Of a stretch of DNA of 64,000 nt, positions 56,988-64,000 are shown piece by piece. Every line of letters begins with the position of its first letter. Within the stretch, counting starts at the first letter, position 1. Under the pieces are notes generated by a model. That model was not told the DNA's origin. It searched no databases and saw nothing but the letters and a program-made list of their open reading frames with translations. Origin of the DNA: the human T2T-CHM13v2.0 reference genome, Homo sapiens; the NCBI RefSeq assembly GCF_009914755.1, contig NC_060925.1. One strand, 5' to 3'. Position numbers and translations under genes: made by a program.

Positions 56988-57583
56988 CATGTTGTTATTT
57001 TTTTTTGAGATCCAGAAAGAAGGCCCCAATCTGTTCTAATGAATTTAATTAGAGACGGGCTTGGAGAGCTTCAGAACCTCTTACCGGGATCACAATAAAC
57101 AGAGTTAACAAGATAAACAGCCTGAGATCAGCCACTCAGGGGTTGGAAAGAAGGATTTCCCGGTCAGTCCTAGAATAAAAAAGTTCTTGGCACCCAGAGT
57201 TGGAGGAAGGCTGCGTGAATAGTGGTCCTCCAAGTGGGTTCCCTTCTGGCCTGTTTCTGCCTGCCCCACCCAGCCCCTCGTACTTAGCTTCATACCTAGT
57301 TCTGACTCTAGGTGGCAAATGAACCTCCTAAGAAGGTCTAATTATTCTCATCATCATCACCAAGCACCTGCTATTTGGGTCAGCGTTACCACATCATCTT
57401 CTGGAGCAATGTGGAGGCTTATGAGACCCTGTCTTCTGCCTTACAGGTGGTAAGAGATATGTGTCCAAATATAAGTAATATTTGCTAATTCCAGAATGTA
57501 AGTTCTAGAAAGCTGATGGAAGATCACATTGGGCTTGGGTGATCTGGAAAAGCCTCTTGCAAGAGGAAGTACTTGAGGTGGGT

Positions 57584-57978
<395 letters not shown>

Positions 57979-60033
57979 TAGAGGATCTTTGATTCATGAA
58001 GGTAAATGGCATGGTTTGGGTGGTGGGTGCATGTAATTCAGTAGTGAGGGGTGTGTCTGGAGCAGTATATGGAGACAAAAATCATAGAGAACCCTGAGTG
58101 CTAGTCTTTACTCTTCTAACCTCGTTGCACTGCTGTCTCCCTGATTTGCTTCTCTGAGCACGTACGATGCCCAGCTCTGGGAAAGGCCTTCTAGGATGGG
58201 AGACTTCTGGCCTCCATGCTGAGCTAGCTTTCCTGGATCCAGTTTGGGCCAACTGGAGTGGATTGATCAGATGCTAAGTTTTGTTCTCAGATCTTGTGAT
58301 TTTCTGGGATGAGAGTGAATGGCTGGCAGAGCAATTCCAAGAACTTTTCCCAGTGATGAAAATTCCCTTTTTCTTTACTGATGCTGGCCAATTTGCTTTG
58401 GCAGTAGCATTTTAAACAACCATTTGGTGAAAGCTCCAATTTCAGGGTCAGAGAATTTCATCACTCTTTTCTTTATATTACTAAGAATTCTCTGAGTTGT
58501 GTATTGGGATATGTGTGTGCATGTATGTCTGTGTGTGCGTGTGTGTGTGTGTGGTGCCTATGTTAGTAGAATTATTCCAACTAAGTCTGGTTCTAGTTTT
58601 ATCTTTATTTGCAGGGTAAAAGTCATTAAATATTTCTAGGCCTTTTTTGTTGTTCAAAGGTGGAAGAATCTCCCCTATATCTTACTGTGTGTTGACCATA
58701 AGCCAAATTATTTGAGAATAACAGGATGTTAATTATGAGGAGGTATTATAGCTATCTATCATTTTGACAGAAGGTGTAATATTGAGGTAAAATTTTAAGT
58801 CTGTCTCCCTGCCACCTAATTCTTGGAACATCTTGACTCGTGAGACCAGCCAGAGTTTTATTTGGGGGCACCACCAATGTTTATGCTTCTTGTTACTTTT
58901 CCTAGTCTGTCTGGGCTTGTGTGTAATTAGTAAATGAAGTTAGTACATTGCTGTCAGGTGTTGGCTGACCTATATAAGATAAATTTATATGCAAGACATT
59001 GTTGTCACTGCCATTGTTATAATACCTATTGTGTGGTATTTTTCCACATGTTGGAGGTGAATGTCTTTATGGAGGAAAATGCCTCCAAGGCCATAGATGA
59101 TATTTCTATGCTGACGTAGGTCAGGGCAGAAACTGGATATCTTTCCGATTATCATCACACACTGAGTGGAATTGAAGCCTTTGTCATCCACATTGGGAGC
59201 TAAACCAGGATTCTGTGGCTGGCCTCAGCCCTGGGATATGCCCTCGTTTTGTTTTTGTAAGATATTCATTGCATCTGCAGTTATTATTTGAAGACCCTGC
59301 TATGTGCATTGCACTCTTCTAGGTGGAAACTTGTTCTGAGAGAAACCTAAACTCAAAAATGTTAGAAATGTTTTAGTTCAAGATAGTTATTTTACTAATC
59401 AAGAAATGACTCAGAAGTGTGGCATGACTGACTTGTGACTGCATGGCTGGTTGCTGGCAAAAGCTAGTTCTGGCAAAACCCACATAGGAACCTGGTAATG
59501 ATACAAGATGATTGATAGGTAATTAAGTTTCTAAAGCATGATCTAAACTAGAAGTGCTTTGGGATGTCAGACAACAGAGGAAATCAGTGTAGATTAAAGT
59601 CTTTGGGGAAGGTTCTGAAGAGAAGTGGGGGTTGGCTTGGGCCTCTAGAGATGGGTAGGACCTGAACAGTCAAAGATAAGAAAATGGCATTTCTGGTGGG
59701 GAAAGGAGTGCCCACTCAAAGGGCTAGAAGAGGGAAACAGCTAGTGTGGTCAGGCATGGTGAATTGGCCAGGCTGCAGCAGTGGAAGAAGCGGTCTGGGG
59801 CCAGACTGTAGCAAACCTTGGCTTGCTGAGGAGTGAATTTTTTTGGCATTGGTGAGGAGTATTTGAAGCTTCATAGCTGAACACTCTCTTGTTCTGAAGA
59901 CAACAAGATTGTGGTGTTAGAAGAAGTGGGTGGGAAGTCCCTTCCCAGGCACCTGGTGGTTTCTGAGGGGATAGTTCCTTCTGAAGGATGTTTGGGGCAG
60001 ACGGGAGTGCTGAAATACACTGGGAAGGAGCTT

Positions 60034-60054
60034 GTCGCTGTCCAGAGTGCTGAC
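60034..60054 (-). promoter_or_regulatory. RE1/NRSE (REST binding site)
   Basis: rc GTCAGCACTCTGGACAGCGAC versus TTCAGCACCnnGGACAGCGCC, with the canonical 2-bp spacer. Confidence 0.7.
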
Positions 60055-60486
60055 CTGACCTGAGATATTTTTCTCTTCAGTGATGCTGCACTGGAAAGTA
60101 ACGCCGGGGAATGCTTACAACCAGCCAAGGGGATCTCGAGAATGATTCTGCCTAGGACTAGGCAGCATGTGGGCTTTTTGTCAGTAAAATAGTTACAGTA
60201 TCTGACTTTATGGTCCTTGTGATGAAAGCAAAAGTGTGGAAAGACTGTGTGTCCACGTATGCAGGCTAAGATGGCCCACTTTGTAGCCTTGTAAGTTTTG
60301 CCTTAGAACTTTTGGGTTTACATGAGAATTCCAGCACACTGCTTCTTTCATTATGAAAATGCACACCCTCTATTCAGCATCCCACAGAACACCTAAAGCC
60401 TCCCCAACAAACCAGGGGAGAGCAGCAGAACTTCCCAGAACACCGTACTCATTACTTCAAATGAAACATCTAAATGCTTTATATTA

Positions 60487-60657
60487 GTGCTGTCCAATAG
60501 AACTTTCTTTGATGATGGAAATGTTCTGTATCTGCACAGTCTAACATAATTAAGCCACCAATTACATGAGCACTTGAAATGTGGCTAATATGACTGAAGA
60601 ATTGAATTTTGAATTACATTAAATTTATTTATGTAATTTATATTAGACTGCACAGCT
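60487..60657. mobile_element. MER3 hAT element
   Basis: gtgctgtccaatagaactttc...gagcacttgaaatgtggcta. Confidence 0.75.
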
Positions 60658-61737
60658 CTATAGAGTCAGAATCTTTGACCTTTGCCACTTACCTCTCCTT
60701 ATTGATCCTCATACCTAAGCCTCTCTGACTTAGAGTAAAGTGGACTTTTGAGTGGGGGTAAGTTTGACCAATTGTTGGAGAAAGCCCCATGCTGAATCCA
60801 AACTGAAGTCTGTGTCTGGCTGTGAGTTTTGCCCTGACTTTCTTGTTTTCATAATGAGAAAAACCATCCATGATGCCCTGCAAGTTTTCCATTCAAAAGC
60901 CGAGGGAAGGCTCCTTGGATTCTGTCTGGGGTCTCAGGGACCTGATCTAAGACTTTTCGGAGCCTGGAACGGGAAAGCGATGTAGTGTTTATGGCCCTGA
61001 AAAGCTGGCTGTGGGGTGAGGTGGGGTGGGGTACAAATAATGTGCTGTGGTGTCAGATGTTTGCAGGCATCTCAGCAGAGAAAGGTTCCCGGTCCTGATC
61101 CATCTCCCACTGCAACTCTATGTATCTTTACAGTCATCCCGTTTATCTGGTATAGTGAACATGGCCCAGGGTGGGGGTACAGGTGAGCCTTTTTCTGTTT
61201 TGTTTTTGTTTTTCTGAGCCATTTTTGCCCCAAGGAAGAGTGAGTGTTAGAAGTATCAAAGGGTGATAAATGCTTACAAATGCCAAGCAAGAGGTAAGTA
61301 ATAATAATCTGTCAAAAGACTGGAGCAGAAAATTTCCATGGTGTTGGCGCATGCCAGCCTCCATTGGCCTGCCTAACCTTACCATGAACATGCTTGATTT
61401 CCTGTGTCTCTGTTCTTAGGCTTGCTATGTATAAGTCTGATTTCCTAAACCGGGATGCATGCTTTTTGAAGGTATTTCTTATTGTCTTCTTGTTTTCTCC
61501 AATAGAATCTCAATGTGCTCATAGTAATCCCTCATAAAGGCCTACTTGTGAGTCACTCTTTGTTAGCATGGAGCAGTGGGTTTGACCCCTAGAAAATGTG
61601 TGCACATGAATACAAATAATATTTATTGAGCCCCTGCTGGGCATAAGTCTCTGTGCTCAGTACTGCGGGCATTGACAAAGGAGGAGCTGAAGGTGGTTGC
61701 TCCCAGTCTAAAGGGAGAGGAAAGGCAGGCACGTATG

Positions 61738-61740
<3 letters not shown>

Positions 61741-61783
<43 letters not shown>
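61741..61783 (+). repeat. (CA)n microsatellite
   Basis: About 21 pure CA units. Confidence 0.95.
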
Positions 61784-61785
<2 letters not shown>

Positions 61786-62429
61786 TAGGGAAAAACAAAG
61801 ACAAAGGCGGTAGCGGGGATCCAGAGCTGCGGGTGGGATGCAGGGTGCTGGAGGGGCCAGATTACATGCGTGTCCCTGTCTGGCCTCTCAGGGATTCCCT
61901 CCTTCATGAGGGAATGGCTTAGCTGGTACCAGCCACCTCCATGCCTGCAGTGACAGAGCTGCCTTTATGGTTGGTCAGGCAGCTTGCTCTCTCACTGGGC
62001 TGTACCGAGGTAGGGCTGTCCTGAGCTCGCCTCTCCTCTTCCATGGTGAAGAGCACTTAGAAGAGGGTAGGGACATTGGGGAAGAGGGCTGTGGAAAGGG
62101 AAGAAACTCTTTTTTCTTTTTGTCACTTAAATGGTGACAGAGCCTTGCTCTTAGACTTCCTTTTAGTCACAGAAGAGATTTGTTGGGTCTCCATCAGCTC
62201 TGGCACATGGAGCCCCATGATGCAGGCCCAGGTGCAGCTCTGGAGGAGCAAGAGAAGCAGAGCTTGGTGATGTGGCTCCCCATGATCACCCAGGCCCCTG
62301 GCTCTACTGTCTTGGGGTGTGCCCTGCCTGGTGGGGAGTGAGTGGGCTGCATATCCCTGTTGGGGTTGGGGAAGAACTTTTCTGGCTGCCTTGCAGGGAG
62401 GAGTCTGCCCTTCACCATCCTCCACATAG

Positions 62430-62778
62430 TGCTTCTCAGTCCTCCACATGCACACAGATCACCTGGGATCTTGTTAAAATGCAGGTTCAGAATCAGCAGG
62501 TCTGGACTGGGTTTGAGATTCTGCTTTTCCAACAAGGTCCCAGGTAATGCCAGTACTGCCCATCTGCAAACTGCACTTTGATGGACAAGGCCCTACGCAT
62601 GGGTTCTCAACCCTGCCAACATGGTAACATCACTTGGGGAGATCTTACAATATGCTGATACCTGAGACCCAACCTGTACCAAATAAATTGCAATCTCTGA
62701 GGGTTGGGTCTAGGTACTGGGATGTTGTAAAGGCCTTCCAGGTAATTCTACTATATAGCCCAATCTGAGAACCACTGG
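62430..62778. mobile_element. Two adjacent MER5-type hAT elements
   Basis: atcacctgggatcttgttaaaatgcagg and ggttctcaacc...tgagaaccactg. Confidence 0.7.
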
Positions 62779-64000
62779 ACAGTTTTTCTCCTCCTTCTGC
62801 TGTGCTTTTCACGTGGCTATATCTTCTTTACAACAAGAGACTATAAGTGGCTTGAAGTCAGAGAATGTCTTACAGCATATTACTAACACCTGCACCACAG
62901 TAGTAGTAGTTCTCTGATGTGTGGGTGGTTAGTTCGGTTGATTACAACATGATGCCAAGGGCTCTGTCACTTGGTGCCACAACTACCACTTGCACAACTA
63001 CCACTGCCCTGGCCACCACTCCTGTAGATCCACCATCACCCATGAGGGATCAAAGAATGCAGCTGGCTTAGAGCAGGCTAGCTCTACTCTTGGAATAGTG
63101 ACTCTAAGTGGGTGTCCAGTGCCTGGAACTAAGTCAACTTTCAGTAAATATATACCAAATGGATGATTATTCCAGTGGTGGGGAGGGCAGAGACTGAATT
63201 AGGGATCAGAAGACTGGGGCTAAAGTGACTAGCACAAACTGTTCAACCTTCCTTTGCTTTCATTTTCTCAGTTGTAAAATGAGGATACTAATGCCCACTT
63301 AATAGGGTGATTTAAGTAATCGTAGAGAAGTGGTCCTGTAGATGCTAGTGTTTTACAGATAAATGATTGTATAAGAATTCATTTCCAAAGTGGCAGGGCT
63401 AAGCTATAATGTTAACCCTCTGACTCACGTCCTAACGACCCTTTGGGGTCTCACTATGTGTGCCTGCATCTACAGAATAACAAGAAGGCTATGGGACATG
63501 CAATTGACTGGACACCTACTCTGTATCAGTGACTGTCCTAGATGCTTGACTTTGTCATCTCATTGACTCATCACAACCCTGATTAAACGTTATTATTCCC
63601 ATTACACTGAGAAAATGGAAGCTCAGAAGGGGAACCACCTTGCCCCACATAGCACATGGGTGTGTCTGATTCCAAAGTCTCCTAATCCCAGCTCATTACC
63701 CATTGGGAAACTCTGGGTTCCAGCACGAGTTGATGATCCCTTTGTTTGAGAAGCCTCCTTGTTTGGCTGTTGCTTGTATTAGTTAGTGAGATAAGAGTCT
63801 GAGTATCACAGAGATTCCAATCTTCTGTTAGGGAATGTTAGGATCTGACAGCATGGGAGCTTTGTGAGTCTTAGCCAACACCATACCATAAAGCCACTGT
63901 TCAGTGCTCTTGAGGCCCTGAGGCTGAGGCTGTGACATCTTCCCCATAGAAGAATCACCACCTGCCACCACTGTCCCCTCTCTGCTTGACAGAGCCATTG

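Overview
This is primate (human-like) genomic DNA with no supportable protein-coding exon. About 1-50.8 kb is repeat-rich intergenic sequence: Alu, L1, L2/MIR, MaLR/ERVL LTRs, a decayed ERVL provirus, and Tigger and hAT fossils, often nested with readable target-site duplications (TSDs). At about 50.85-51.2 kb there is a CpG-island promoter with a + strand first exon ending at a GAG|GTAGGC donor (51157/51158). I recognise this from memory as exon 1 of neurofascin (NFASC); this is not database-checked. The rest of the window would then be intron 1. Nearly all ORFs in the track are repeat-derived or low-complexity noise, and I found no new gene-encoded system. The most notable signals are: (1) an ATG in exon 1 whose frame stays open across the donor, a possible N-terminal extension or uORF; (2) a CpG-rich cluster of about 5 co-oriented CTCF motifs at 29.5-29.8 kb, facing a convergent motif at 14.3 kb; (3) a strong intronic RE1/NRSE with a degenerate twin 40 bp away; (4) a SOX-POU composite motif in intron 1; (5) a perfect 48-bp locally templated insertion copied from an old LTR into an Alu; (6) a tiny polyadenylated MER4-type LTR retrocopy with a TSD. 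Repeat subfamily names come from recalled consensus sequences and their boundaries are approximate.
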